A stretch of 64,000 nt of DNA, from contig CAVXZJ010000010.1 in assembly GCA_963766285.1 (NCBI GenBank), positions 74,250 through 138,249 on the forward strand. The letters are read 5' to 3'. The notes below the pieces were generated by a model that did not search any database, was not told where the DNA came from, and saw only the letters and a list, made by a program, of their open reading frames with translations. Of the stretch, positions 32,220 to 41,046 are shown piece by piece; positions within the stretch are counted from its first letter, which is position 1; every line of letters begins with the position of its first letter. A program made the translations under genes and the position numbers. The stretch comes from an uncultured Alphaproteobacteria bacterium. GTDB taxonomy: Bacteria; Pseudomonadota; Alphaproteobacteria; Reyranellales; Reyranellaceae.

Positions 32220-34522
32220 ATGCTTGACCAGGCAAGTCCACTCGAGATCGACCTCGGCCGCCCGATCGGCGTCAGTCCGCAACTCTCCGCGCACGTCACC
32301 GACGAACGTCGCGTCCTGCTGCTGGGTGAGTCCCGCAGCTTTCGCCTGGGCGGCAAGCTCTATGTCGCGCTGCTGCCCTTCCTTGACGGCACCCGTACAG
32401 GGCAGCAGGTCGTGGAAGCCTTCGCCGGCCGCGTCGCAGCCGACCGCCTGCGTTCGGTCCTGCAGGACATGCTCAAGAAGGAATACATCCGCTATATCGA
32501 TCCGGCGGCGCCGATGGCGCGTCAGGCACTGTGGGTCGAACTCGGGCTTTCGCCGGCAGAGGCCGAGCGGCGTTTGCGCGGCCAGTCGCTGGCGGTAAAG
32601 GCCGCGTCCCGGGACGGATCGCTGGCAGTGGCGGCAAAGGCGCTGAAGCAGGCGCTGGTGGCCAGCGGAATGCCCGTTGTGGCCGCGAAAGACGCCGCAA
32701 TCGTCGTCATGGTTGTCGACGATTACCTGCGGCGCGATCTGGCGGTCGTGAACCGGCGCATGCGCAAGGCGGGCCGCTCGTGGATCCCGTTCAAGGCCGG
32801 TGGCAGCATGCCGATGATCGGCCCGCTGTTCCGTCCGGACCGAGCGCCGTGCTGGGCGTGCCTGGCGAACTTCATCGTCGAGAACCGGCCGGGCGACAGG
32901 GTCGTCGATCAGACGCTCGAAGCGGTGCGGCCCGCCAGGGCCCGGACACCGGCGACCCTGGCGATGGCCGCAGGCTTCGGAGCACTGGAACTCGCGCGCG
33001 AGCTTGCCGGCGAGCAGCCCGCAGGGCTCGAACGCCACGTGCTGAGCTTCGACCTGAAGGAGCGTGCCTTCAGGCGACACGAGATCCGGATCGATGCCAA
33101 TTGTCCGGTGTGCGGCACTCGTGAGAAGCCGCGCGCCGTGCTGGAGCGCGCCAAACGGCCGATCGTGCTGCGCCCGCAACCGGTCCAGCCACAGGTCGAC
33201 GGCGGCTGGCGCACGCTCACCGCCGAGCAGGTCGTGCAGAAGCTCGACCGCTATGTCAGCCCGATCACGGGCATCATCTCCGGACTGGAAGACATGTCGC
33301 TCGGACTGGGCCTGCCGGTGTTCGCCGCACGACAGACCAATCCCGTGCCTGTCGGTCCGCGGCAGAACCGCCTGATCGGCCGTCCCAGCGGCGCGGCCGG
33401 CAAGGGCATGAGCGAGGCGCAGGCCAAGGCGAGCTGTCTCGCGGAGGCAGTCGAGCGCTACCTCTGCGGCTACACCGGACGGGAGCCGCGCATGCGTGCG
33501 ACATGGGATCGCGTCAGGAAACAGGCGCCGCATCCCTGCACCTACCTGAACTACAGCGAGCATCAGTACGATATCCGCGAGGAGTGGAACAAAGCCAATG
33601 GCGGCTTCAATTGGGTAGGCGAGCGTTTCGACGAGACGCGGGCGATCGAGTGGACGCCGGCCTGGTCGCTGAGCCGCAATGCGCTGCGCTGGCTGCCGAC
33701 GCGCTATTGCTATTTCAACTACAGCGACACCGTGGAAGGCGAAGAGAATATCTTCTGCCGCGGCAACTCCAACGGCTGTGCCTCCGGCAGCACCATCGAG
33801 GAAGCGATCGTTCAGGGGTTCTTCGAACTGATCGAACGCGATGCGTGCGCTCTGTGGTGGTACAACCGCGTCCGCCGCCCGGCATTCGACCTCGACGCGC
33901 TGGACGACCCCTTCGTCCGCCGCGCGCGCGCCTGGGCGGCCGCCCGCAAGCGCGGCGTATCGGTTCTCGATCTGACGACCGATCTCGGCCTGCCGGTGGC
34001 GATGGCTGTGTCGCACAGCCTGGCCGATGGCGGTTCGATCGTTTTCGGGTTGGGCGCGCATTTCGATCCCGCCATCGCCGTGAGCCGCGCCCTGGCCGAG
34101 CTCAATCAGCTGGCCTCGCTGGAGGACATCAAGGCGATCAAGGAAGCACCGGACGCCGCGGGCGATCCTGTCGATACGATGGTGGAGTGGCTGCGCGGCC
34201 ACACGCTCGAGACCGATCCGTATTGCGTGCCGGATGGCGTCGTGTCGACGGGGCGGTACGCTGCTCCGCCGATCGGCGACCTCAAGCAGGCGGTCGGAGC
34301 GTTGTGTCCGTGCCGTCTCGGATCGCGGTTACGACATGATCGTGCTCGACCATCTCGCGGGCCGAGGTGGATTTCGCCGCCGCGCGCGTGGTCGTGCCGG
34401 GCCTGCGTCACTTCTGGGCGCGGCTGCGCGAGGGCCGGCTCTACCGTGCGCCGGTCGACATGGGCTGGCTCGGCGCGCCGCATGCGGAAGCGGATCTCAA
34501 CCCGGTGCCATTTTTCCTGTGA
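32220..34522 (+). CDS. Fused RRE/E1-like-YcaO cyclodehydratase of a TOMM/LAP RiPP pathway (frameshifts ~34305 and ~34350)
   Basis: PCWAC and CPVC Zn motifs, SCLAEAVERY and NSNGCASG...FFELIERD YcaO motifs. After frame correction it ends RVVVPGLRHFWARL...LNPVPFFL* (TGA 34520-34522). The 1217-aa ORF call is an artefactual fusion. Confidence 0.9.
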
Positions 34523-34529
34523 GGCTCCC

Positions 34530-35873
34530 GTGACCGGCGTCGTCGACCTCGTCTACCGTTTCGAACCCGACGTGCAGAAGGTCGAGCGCACGGGCGATGG
34601 GATCGCGATCCATGTCAGGAACTGGAAGACCCTGAACGTTTCACCGCCGACGGCGGCGGGCGCGAACGCGATCGTCGCGCTGATGGACGGCGCCACCCTC
34701 GAACGTCTCGCGCAAATCGGCGGCTCGACCGGGATCGCCAGCCACTACGCCGAACGATTCTCGCGGGCGCGCCTGCTGGTATGGGACATCGTCGACGCAG
34801 AGGGACCGCTGGCCCGTGCGACCTCGCTGACGGCGGGCTACCGGCCGCGCGAAGATGCGCCACCCGAACAGCCGCTCGCCCTCAGCCGCTTTGCCTATCT
34901 GCGTGCGGATGGCCCGCGCATGATCGTCGAGTCGGGGCTCGTGCGGGCGTGCCTCGTGCTCGAGCCGCGCGGACTGGCGGCACTCGCGCGTTCGCTGGAA
35001 CATCCGCACACCGCCGCTGTCGACGATTTTGCCGGCGTACTTTGGCGGATGGGCTTCTTCGAGCCGGCAGGCCTCGAGGAGAGCGACGTCCGGGCCTGCT
35101 GGGAGTTTCACGATCTCCTGATGCACGAGCAGAGCCGGTTCAATCGCAGCCAGCCGCGCCGCGGCCTTTACCGGCTGGAAAGCAAGGTCCCCGAGCCCCC
35201 CGCGGTGAAGCCCGCGATGCCCGGCACCCGCATTGCCTTGCCCGCGGTCGAGACGGCGCGCCTGGCGAGCTCCAGCGGGCGGCTGGAAGACGTCCAGGAC
35301 CGCCGGCGCTCGCTGCGCGCCTACGCCGACAGGCCGCTGCCGCTGCAGGCTCTTGGCGAATTCCTCTGGCGGACGGCCCGCACGCGAGCGAGCTTCGACG
35401 CCGGTGGGCATTCGCTGCTGACGCGCGGCTATCCCGCAGGCGGCAGCATCCATGAACTCGAATTCTACGTCGCCGTGCGCTCCTGCGAGGGACTCGAGCC
35501 GGCGCTTCATCACTACGACAGCCACGGCCATGCGATGATCCGGCTCGAAGGATCGGCCAGGGGCGCCGCCCGGATCGTCGAGAACGCGTTTGCGGCGATG
35601 GCGCTGGAGCCCGGGCAGGTCATGCCGCAGGCCGTCATCGTGCTGGCCTCGCGCGTGCCGCGGCTTGCCTGGAAATACGAGGGTGTCGCCTACCGCCTCG
35701 CGCTCCTCAACGCCGGCGTGGTGATCGAACTCATGTATCTGGTAGCGACCGACATGCGGTTGTCGCCGTGCGCCAACGGCTCGGCCAATTCGCGCCCGTT
35801 CGAGGAGTCGACGGGCCTCGATCCCCTCGCCGAAACCGCACTGGCCGAGTTTTGCCTCGGCGTGCCTGCGTGA
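34530..35873 (+). CDS. SagB-type FMN-dependent peptide dehydrogenase
   Basis: GTG start 7 nt after the YcaO stop; WEFHDLLMH, RRRSLRAY, YPAGGSIHELEFY, AWKY, LNAGV. Confidence 0.9.
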   Translation: MTGVVDLVYRFEPDVQKVERTGDGIAIHVRNWKTLNVSPPTAAGANAIVALMDGATLERLAQIGGSTGIASHYAERFSRARLLVWDIVDAEGPLARATSLTAGYRPREDAPPEQPLALSRFAYLRADGPRMIVESGLVRACLVLEPRGLAALARSLEHPHTAAVDDFAGVLWRMGFFEPAGLEESDVRACWEFHDLLMHEQSRFNRSQPRRGLYRLESKVPEPPAVKPAMPGTRIALPAVETARLASSSGRLEDVQDRRRSLRAYADRPLPLQALGEFLWRTARTRASFDAGGHSLLTRGYPAGGSIHELEFYVAVRSCEGLEPALHHYDSHGHAMIRLEGSARGAARIVENAFAAMALEPGQVMPQAVIVLASRVPRLAWKYEGVAYRLALLNAGVVIELMYLVATDMRLSPCANGSANSRPFEESTGLDPLAETALAEFCLGVPA

Positions 35874-36745
35874 CCAGCGGGATTACGGAGAAGCGCGCCA
35901 GCGAGCTGACCGCGGCCGAGGTCGACGCCTTCCATGTCGATGTCCTGGGGGAGCAGCGCGTCCGGACGGCTGGTGCTGGCCTCTTCAACGGATTCGGCCG
36001 CGCGGCCCTGGCAGGAGAAGAACTCGTCGGTCTGATGGCCGGGGACTTTGTGTCCCGCAACGACGATACGGGCGAATGGCTGCTCAATCTGCGCGGCGGC
36101 GTGCATCCGCGGTTGCGACGCCGCGGCATCGGCCGGCGCCTGATGGAGAGACTTGTCGTGGACTGCCACGAGCTGGAAGGGGGCGTCGATATGCTGGCGA
36201 CTCTTACCGAAGCCGAACTCGACGCAGGCGGCCCCTTCGTGTCGGCGCTCGGCTTCGAAGAGACCGTCGGGATGGTCCGTTATCAGGCCAATCCACGGAT
36301 CGTTCCCCTGCTGCCGCGCAATGGTGCGTTTGCGACGCGTGCCTATCGCGGCGGGGAGCCCGCCACGGATGCGGCAATCGCCGATCTCTACGGTCGCGCC
36401 TATCGCGGCCGCCGCAGCGTGCCGCAGCTCAGGCTCGGGTTTTCATCCGATCTGGCCTACCTGCTCGTCTTCGATGGCGATCTGCTGGTCGGCCACGCGA
36501 CAGCCCAGAAGGTAAACGACGTCTGCTTCATCGACAGCATCGTGGTGGCACGTTCTCACTGGGCGTCGGGTGCAGCCGATGCCCTGTCCGGGGCAATCCA
36601 TCGTCACGCGCTGCAGCAGGCCGCGCGTCTCGTCGTGGCCTACGTCGAGGCAAGCAATCGGGCGAGCCGCGCGCTGATCGAGCGCCACGGAATGACCGAG
36701 GTCGCGACCTTCAGCCGCTTCCGTCGGACCGTGGCCAGGATATGA
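35870..36745 (+). CDS. Tandem GNAT acetyltransferase of the RiPP operon
   Basis: GTGA overlap with the dehydrogenase; VHPRLRRRGIGRRL (GNAT 1) and VVARSHWASGAA...EASNRASRAL.ERHGM (GNAT 2). Confidence 0.85.
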   Translation: MTSGITEKRASELTAAEVDAFHVDVLGEQRVRTAGAGLFNGFGRAALAGEELVGLMAGDFVSRNDDTGEWLLNLRGGVHPRLRRRGIGRRLMERLVVDCHELEGGVDMLATLTEAELDAGGPFVSALGFEETVGMVRYQANPRIVPLLPRNGAFATRAYRGGEPATDAAIADLYGRAYRGRRSVPQLRLGFSSDLAYLLVFDGDLLVGHATAQKVNDVCFIDSIVVARSHWASGAADALSGAIHRHALQQAARLVVAYVEASNRASRALIERHGMTEVATFSRFRRTVARI

Positions 36746-36781
36746 CGGCGAAAGAAGAACGCGCTGCAGAAGGCCTCGGGC

Positions 36782-36937
36782 CTACCGGTCCGGCGCCGAC
36801 GGGAAGACAGGGCACAAGTTCTGGCACCCGGGATGGGAAAGCGTTTCGGCGCGATCGAGTGCTTCATCCGAGAGTTCGTCGTCGAACTCCGGAACGAACC
36901 CTTCCTGTTCCTGTGGCGCGATTTTCTGAACAGACAT
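36782..36937 (-). CDS. Candidate RiPP precursor peptide (51 aa)
   Basis: Translated by hand: MSVQKIAPQEQEGFVPEFDDELSDEALDRAETLSHPGCQNLCPVFPSAPDR*. AGGAGG RBS 5 nt before the ATG; acidic leader with ELSDEAL. Confidence 0.8.
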   Translation of the reverse strand: MSVQKIAPQEQEGFVPEFDDELSDEALDRAETLSHPGCQNLCPVFPSAPDR

Positions 36938-37018
36938 TGAAGCCTCCTGGGGAACTCCCGCCCAGGTAGCATGAATACTAATTCGATGACTTACAACACC
37001 CGCTATGTGCAGAATTAA

Positions 37019-37050
37019 ATTGAAAGGGCATAAATCCGGCCCCTTTCAAT
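37019..37050. promoter_or_regulatory. Inverted repeat in the AT-rich divergent region upstream of the precursor
   Basis: ATTGAAAGGG-N12-CCCTTTCAAT, perfect 10-bp arms. Confidence 0.5.
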
Positions 37051-37076
37051 GGCGATGAAACAATAGGGGGCAATCG

Positions 37077-37610
37077 ATGAATGCCGCCGAATACACCGCT
37101 ACCGAACGCCTGCGCGATGGAAGATCGGTGCAGATTCGGGCGCTGCATCCGGGCGATCGGGCCGAGATGCTTGCCGCCGTCGGGCGATTCAGCAAGCAGT
37201 CGCTATACCGCCGGTTCTTTGCGCCGAAACGAAGCTTCAGCGAGCGCGAAATCGAATTCTTTCTCAACGTCGACTTCATCGGCCACGTGGCACTGGTGGC
37301 CGTGCTCTCCGAAGGGGAGCGGCAGGTGATTGCGGGCGGTGCGCGGTACATCATCGCGCAACCCGGCCGGGCGGAGCTTGCGTTCGCAATCGACGACCCG
37401 CATCAGAAGCTGGGTATTGCCACCCGCCTGATTGCCCATCTCGCCGAGATCGCCCGCGCGGCTCAACTCGAGGCGTTTGTCGCCGAAGTGCTGCCGGAGA
37501 ACGCGCCGATGCTCAAGATATTCGAACGCTGCGGACTGGCGATGACGACGCGCCGGGAGAGGGGCGTCGTTCACGTGACGCTCGCTCTTACCGCCGCGGG
37601 CGGTGCTTGA
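37077..37610 (+). CDS. GNAT acetyltransferase (Pat-like stand-alone domain)
   Basis: LRDGRSVQIRAL.P.D, SLYRRFF, AELAFAIDDPHQKLGIATRL, VLPENAPMLKIF. Confidence 0.9.
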   Translation: MNAAEYTATERLRDGRSVQIRALHPGDRAEMLAAVGRFSKQSLYRRFFAPKRSFSEREIEFFLNVDFIGHVALVAVLSEGERQVIAGGARYIIAQPGRAELAFAIDDPHQKLGIATRLIAHLAEIARAAQLEAFVAEVLPENAPMLKIFERCGLAMTTRRERGVVHVTLALTAAGGA

Positions 37611-37641
37611 GACGAGGGCGCAGCCTGCGGTGCCGCATCGA

Positions 37642-37974
37642 CTACTGGCGCTTTGGCAATTTCGACAGTTCGGCCACGATCGCGCGATCGATCACCGTGA
37701 ACAGGTAGGCGTCGGGCGCGAGGGTGCATCCGCCGCGCACCAGCAGCGCAAGCCGGGCGCCCTGCTCGTCGTCGGGGATCGAGACGCCATGATAGCGGGC
37801 GGAATGCTCGGCCAGGAAGATCGCCAGCTGCTTGCGCGGCTCGACCGGCATGTTCTGGGCGTCGCGGCACGTCATGTAGGCAGCGGTGTCGAAGCTGGGC
37901 GCCTGGCCCTGCGCCTGCGCGATCGCCGAAGCGGCGACGAGGGTGACAGCGGCGGTAAGAATGGCGTGGGTCAT
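37642..37974 (-). CDS. Secreted hypothetical protein, possibly HdeA/HdeB-like
   Basis: Signal peptide, MTCRD...GC..AP two-Cys pattern. Confidence 0.55.
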   Translation of the reverse strand: MTHAILTAAVTLVAASAIAQAQGQAPSFDTAAYMTCRDAQNMPVEPRKQLAIFLAEHSARYHGVSIPDDEQGARLALLVRGGCTLAPDAYLFTVIDRAIVAELSKLPKRQ

Positions 37975-37985
37975 GTGCGCTTCCT

Positions 37986-38204
37986 CTACCTGTTGTTGCC
38001 GATGGCGGTGCCGCCGATGTAGCCGACCGCGCCGCCGATCAGGCCGGCACCGACGACCTGGCCGAAGCTGCCGCCGGCCACCATGCCGATGCCGGTGCCG
38101 AGAGCACCGCCGGCGACGGCGCCCTTCTGGCCGGGGGACATGTTCTCGCAGCCGCCCGACAGGGTGGCCGCGGAAATTGCCAGAGCAATGAGAACCTTGC
38201 GCAT
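37986..38204 (-). CDS. Glycine-zipper lipoprotein
   Basis: LSGGC lipobox followed by GAVAGGALG...GAGLIGGAVG. Confidence 0.85.
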   Translation of the reverse strand: MRKVLIALAISAATLSGGCENMSPGQKGAVAGGALGTGIGMVAGGSFGQVVGAGLIGGAVGYIGGTAIGNNR

Positions 38205-38344
38205 GACGCCCCCTTTGATCGACGCCGTCACGGCGTCACGTCCGATATCTGCCAGTCTTTTTCCGGCTTGAAAATCGCAATCTCGGCAGCCTTCCGCATG
38301 ACATCAGGATCGCGTTCCACTCGTCGACATCGCGGGACCTGGCG

Positions 38345-38520
38345 GCGGACAAAGTAAAGGCCGGTCGCTTGGGGACGACCGGCCTTCCTTGAAGAGCCTG
38401 CTGGGTTGGGAAGTCGAAGCCTTGGGTGTGTGGGAAGGGGGCTTCGACGAACGGCCTGGGTGGGCCGGTGCAGGCTATGGGAACTGGTGGTGGGTCGGTC
38501 TGCGCCGCTGGCGCTCATTC
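38345..38520 (-). ncRNA. Candidate multi-hairpin small RNA with C-rich loops ending in a terminator
   Basis: Perfect stems at 38357-38386 (11 bp, followed by UACUUU), 38413-38448 (9 bp) and 38452-38467. Loops read UCCCCAAG, CCCUUCCCACACACCCAA and CACCCA on the minus strand. No credible ORF. Confidence 0.45.
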
Positions 38521-38805
38521 CTTGGTGATTGAATTAAATGTAATAAAATCAATTGTCTCGACGCCGATCTAACGAAGGCACTTTACCTGATGGCGGGCGG
38601 ATTTAAACATGCAATTATGCATATCTTGAAGGTTCTACTGTTCATTTTTAAAGGGCTTTACCAGCTGTTTTATGCAGGCTTGAATATCTGAATCCCTCTT
38701 AAATATCCGAAAATATGATATATTATCATTTATAATCAATAGATTAGTGCATAATCTTCAGAATAGAAAATCGGCTTCCCGGGATTGAAACACTGCAATT
38801 TGAAG

Positions 38806-40590
38806 CTAGCGCGCAACAACAAGATGATCGGGCGCCAAACCTGCGTGGTGGCGGTCATGCATCGCTCTGTAGGCCGCCTCCAGATGGCGTGTGTAGGCCG
38901 CGATATCGAACAACGGAGTCGTCAGGCGGTTGTCGGCCAGCCGCCGCTTGAGGGTTTGCAAGCGCCCGGGATCGGTCGCCAGTTCGACGGCGAGCGCTTC
39001 GAACGCCGATGACGAAGGCACGATCAGTTCGGGGAGATCAATCGCCTTCAGCAGGCTGGCGGCGACTCGTCCGGCAAATGTCTCGCCCAGCTGCGTGAGG
39101 ACCGGCAGCCCTGCCCACAGGGCGTCGCTGACCGTCGTGTGACCGTTGTAGGGCGCGGTATCGAGAAACAGGTCGGCCACGCGATGCCGCGCCAGGTGTT
39201 CCGGCAAGGCCATGCGCGGCGCGAACACGAGACGCCCGCCATCCACGCCGCGCTGGACCGCTTCGCGTCGCAGGTTCGCGGCGGCAACTTCATTGTCCTC
39301 GAGCAGCCACAGCACGCTGCCGGGCACGGCGCGCAGGATCCTCATCCAGACCTCGAAGACGTCGGGCGTGATCTTGAAGTTGTTGTTGAAGGAGCAAAAG
39401 ACGAAGCGATCGGGCGGCAGGCCAAGTTCCTGTCGCGAAAACACCCGCTCGGAGATCCGGCGCTTGCTGTCGTTGGGCTGGTAGCAATCGGGGAGATAGA
39501 CGATTTTTTCGGAATAGTCGGAACGATGAGCGGCGGGGATCAGCGTCGGATCGGCGATCAGATAGTCGATGTAGTCGGCCCCCATCGTCCCGGGATAGAC
39601 GAGATAGTTGACCTGGAGGGGCGCCGCGCGCCGGGCAAATATGCCGGCCCTCGGCCCGCTCTGGAAGCCGTTCAGGTCCACGGCGATATCCAGCTCGAGC
39701 TTGCGCGCCTCCAGCGCCACCTCACGGTCGGTTTGTCCGTTGATATCGACAAAGGCGTCGAACGCTGCCGTCAGACGCCGGCGCATGTCGTCGGCGGTGT
39801 TCTTGCCGAACGACAGGCCGACGATTTCGAAGCGCGAGCGGTCGTGCTTCTCGAAGAGCTCCGCCATCAGGAAGGCGGTCGCATGGTTCTCGAAATTCGG
39901 CGAAAAGTAGCCGACCTTTATCCTGTCACGCCTGGCGCGCCGGCCGATCGCCGGCAGCGAATGGTCCGGCGGATGGCGATCGAGCACCCATCCCCTGGCC
40001 GCGCGATGCTGGACGGCGCGCGAACTGGTTTTCGACAGCAGTGCATAGGGCGACGACGCCTTTTGGCCCGCATCCACCTTCTTCACGAGCAGAGCGACCT
40101 CTTCATGCCAATCGCGCCAGTCGCAAATCCTCATTTTTGTGTGCAGGCGGGTTCCGAGCGCATAGCTGAGGCCCGGCTTCCGTGAAATCGCCTGGTCGAA
40201 GCTCGCCACCGCCTGCTCGAAACGGCGCAGGTCGATGAGGGCATGCGCCCGATTGAAGTGCGCATCCGCGAAGTTCTTGTCGAGCGCGATCGCCCTGTCA
40301 TGGCTGGCAAGAGCTTCTTCGGGCCGCCCCAATCCCTTGAGGGCGATACCCAGATTGTCGTGAACCGGCGCAAACCGGGAGTTAATGGCGATGGCCCGCC
40401 TGAACAGCTCGATCGCACGCTCCCTTTGGCCGCTTTGCAGGGCAACGACGCCGAGCAGATGAAGCGCGTGGAAATTGTCCGGTTCGGATGCGAGAATTTC
40501 CTCGTACAGTTTGCGCGCCTGCGCCAGTTTCCCTTGTTGATGCAACGGCACGGCCTGCTGCAGCTTCTGCTGGGTCGTCGGAGGCTTCAT
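38806..40590 (-). CDS. TPR-containing GT41 (O-GlcNAc transferase/SPINDLY-like) glycosyltransferase
   Basis: N-terminal TPRs; KVGYFSPNFENHAT, DIAVDLNG, RAAPLQVNYL.YPGT, FCSFNNNFKI, DLFLDT.PYNGHTT.SDALWAG. Confidence 0.92.
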   Translation of the reverse strand: MKPPTTQQKLQQAVPLHQQGKLAQARKLYEEILASEPDNFHALHLLGVVALQSGQRERAIELFRRAIAINSRFAPVHDNLGIALKGLGRPEEALASHDRAIALDKNFADAHFNRAHALIDLRRFEQAVASFDQAISRKPGLSYALGTRLHTKMRICDWRDWHEEVALLVKKVDAGQKASSPYALLSKTSSRAVQHRAARGWVLDRHPPDHSLPAIGRRARRDRIKVGYFSPNFENHATAFLMAELFEKHDRSRFEIVGLSFGKNTADDMRRRLTAAFDAFVDINGQTDREVALEARKLELDIAVDLNGFQSGPRAGIFARRAAPLQVNYLVYPGTMGADYIDYLIADPTLIPAAHRSDYSEKIVYLPDCYQPNDSKRRISERVFSRQELGLPPDRFVFCSFNNNFKITPDVFEVWMRILRAVPGSVLWLLEDNEVAAANLRREAVQRGVDGGRLVFAPRMALPEHLARHRVADLFLDTAPYNGHTTVSDALWAGLPVLTQLGETFAGRVAASLLKAIDLPELIVPSSSAFEALAVELATDPGRLQTLKRRLADNRLTTPLFDIAAYTRHLEAAYRAMHDRHHAGLAPDHLVVAR

Positions 40591-40604
40591 TGCGCCGCCA
40601 CCCT

Positions 40605-40652
40605 TCAATCGCCGACCAACGGCATCACTTCGGCGGCGAACCGCTGCAGTCG
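40605..40652 (-). pseudogene. Orphan C-terminal fragment of an LLM oxidoreductase gene
   Basis: Encodes RLQRFAAEVMPLVGD*, matching the end of the LLM gene at 41731 (RLQRFAAEVMPLVG*). Confidence 0.75.
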
Positions 40653-40852
40653 AGCTTCCATGTGCCGACGAGGCCCCAGCGCGAGATCGCCTGGGCAGCG
40701 GTCTCGGCGCGCGGGCCTGGGCAGGAGACGAGTAGCGCCAAGGTGGCGGAAATGAACAGACCCGATCGAATGTGCATGCCGTACCCCCCAGTCTCATGCA
40801 ATCGCAGCCTGTCATCGCCAAGCCCTGCCTTTCAAGTCATTTGCGCACCCGG

Positions 40853-41039
40853 GGAGTCGGGCTTTACCGGTCTGGTCTCCGAGACGTTCCAAGGGATGTA
40901 CGCGCCGGCCGGCACGCCCGCCGACATCGTGCAGAAGGTCGCGCGCGACACGCTCGAGGTGCTGGCCGGTCCCATGGTCATCGGCAAGCAGCGCGACGTC
41001 GGCTTCGACGTGCGCAAGTCGGGGATGGAGCTGCAATAG
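40853..41039 (+). pseudogene. C-terminal fragment of a Bug/TctC gene
   Basis: ESGFTGLVSETFQGMYAPAGTPADIVQKV...GFDV with no upstream coding region. Confidence 0.7.
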
Positions 41040-41046
41040 AAAATCG

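Noticed and set aside
32220-35873. 1217-aa YcaO-dehydrogenase fusion in the ORF track
   Set aside because: Residues around 34305-34530 are out of frame. The YcaO C-terminus (VVVPGLRHFW...NPVPFFL*) and a separate GTG start are recoverable, so net +3 insertions created the apparent fusion.
36742-36969. Plus-strand ORFs after the GNAT, including a Ser-rich frame (SARSSASSESSSSNSGTNPSCSC) that looks like a core peptide
   Set aside because: The Ser-rich frame has no start or RBS and is the antisense shadow of the acidic minus-strand leader, which has a strong RBS.
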